Of a stretch of 64,000 bases of DNA, positions 63,212-64,000 are shown piece after piece. This stretch comes from Caecitellus pseudoparvulus. Lineage: Eukaryota; Protista; Bigyra: Bicosoecida. Location of the stretch: positions 53,649 to 117,648 of the forward strand of contig CBFFRQ010000037.1 in the NCBI GenBank assembly GCA_965644315.1, read 5' to 3'. How positions within the stretch are numbered: position 1 is the stretch's first letter; the number at the start of each line of letters is the position of its first letter. The translations under genes and the position numbers were made by a program. Under the pieces are notes generated by a model. That model was not told where the DNA came from. It saw only the letters and a program-made list of their open reading frames with translations, and searched no databases.

Positions 63212-64000
63212 TTATTTGGCCTTTTGGACCCTCAACAGCAACATTCGCGCCCTCCCTTGCCTGGTACTGGTGCCGCTCCACACGGCATCCTGCGCCGCTC
63301 GCGTGGCGAGTTCTCGCGCCTCACACCTGGCTTGGAGTGGGATGGCTCGTGTGCCAGTGAGGGCAAGTAGCTCACGCAGCACATCCTCGCACTCACCAGC
63401 GCACGCACGCCGGAAGCCGGCATCTGGTCCGCCAGCGTCAGCGGCGTGTACGTCCACGGCCCGCTCCCCGGTGAGTGCCAGGAGATCGCGCACGACTTCC
63501 ACATGGCCGTTGCGGCAGGCCTCACGAAAGCCCATTTCCGGCCCATGGCGGTCTCCCGCGTGCACGTCCACGGTCCGGTGTCCAGTCAAGGCTAGGAGCA
63601 TGCGGACGACAGGGACACAGCCCCCCTGGCAAGCGACACGAAAGGCGTGCTCGTCGCGGACGTGCACGTCGACTTCTCGTGCTCCAGTCAGGGCAAGCAG
63701 CTCAGCCACTACTGGCTCGTGGCCCCCTTGGCATGCCCAGCGGAAGGCGTACTCCTCATTCTCGTGCACGTCCACCGAGCGGTGACCCGACAGGGCCAGG
63801 AGCTCGCGCACGACATCCACATGGCCATGCAGGCAGGCCCACCGCAAGGCGTACTCTCCACGGGCATGCACGTCGATCTCACGGTCGCCGGCCAATGCCA
63901 GGAGTTCACGCACGACGTGCAGGCGGCCACGCTGGCACGCACTTTGAAAGGCCCGCTCCTGCTTGAAGTGAACATCCACAGCCCGGTCACCTGTCAGTTC
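63212..64000 (-). CDS. Ankyrin-repeat protein, 5'-truncated by the window edge
   Basis: Six or more 37-41 aa repeats VDVHxxxExAFRxACxxGHxxVVRELLALTGxR. The frame is open to base 64000 (ELTGDRAVDVHF). Confidence 0.9.
   Translation of the reverse strand, partial: ELTGDRAVDVHFKQERAFQSACQRGRLHVVRELLALAGDREIDVHARGEYALRWACLHGHVDVVRELLALSGHRSVDVHENEEYAFRWACQGGHEPVVAELLALTGAREVDVHVRDEHAFRVACQGGCVPVVRMLLALTGHRTVDVHAGDRHGPEMGFREACRNGHVEVVRDLLALTGERAVDVHAADAGGPDAGFRRACAGECEDVLRELLALTGTRAIPLQARCEARELATRAAQDAVWSGTSTRQGRARMLLLRVQKAK

Noticed and set aside
1-64000. Stop-codon reassignment or Blastocystis-like stops created by polyadenylation
   Set aside because: All reconstructed genes end in genomic TGA, TAA or TAG at expected positions, and apparent frame breaks are explained by ordinary GT-AG introns.

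Overview
GC-rich, gene-dense eukaryotic nuclear DNA, not prokaryotic. It holds about 21 protein-coding genes with short GT-AG introns (mostly 63-114 nt, dominant donor GTGCGT) that I reconstructed by hand. The gene content (CFAP299, a 9-TM 'nonagonal'-type cadherin) suggests a flagellated protist, probably a stramenopile (inference). Recognisable genes: CDC16/APC6, inositol 5-phosphatase, AIG1/FAR-17a-like hydrolase, RBMX2/Ist3, bacterial-type FabG4, TAF5, a long-form adenylate kinase, a ~4,500-aa cadherin/IPT/9-TM protein, MON1, a PQQ-propeller/EGF receptor, patatin/iPLA2, CFAP299, a PHD-PWWP-TFIIS_M-SPOC protein, ArfGAP, an eIF4A paralog and an ankyrin-repeat protein. Main observations: (1) AATGCA lies on the sense strand at or just after the stop codon of 15 of 21 genes, a candidate non-canonical poly(A) signal; (2) C(A/G)ATTTCCGC(A) recurs, mostly near gene 5' ends; (3) an intact, spliced eIF4A paralog has systematically lost its catalytic and RNA-binding motifs; (4) the giant cadherin has a cytoplasmic IQ motif, a C2-like domain and a recent triplication of one cadherin repeat; (5) a bacterial-type FabG4 has an intron splitting its YxxxK motif; (6) a 73-aa spliced microprotein is missed by the ORF track. 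I found no tRNA, rRNA, CRISPR array or clear transposon. All motif counts were made by eye.
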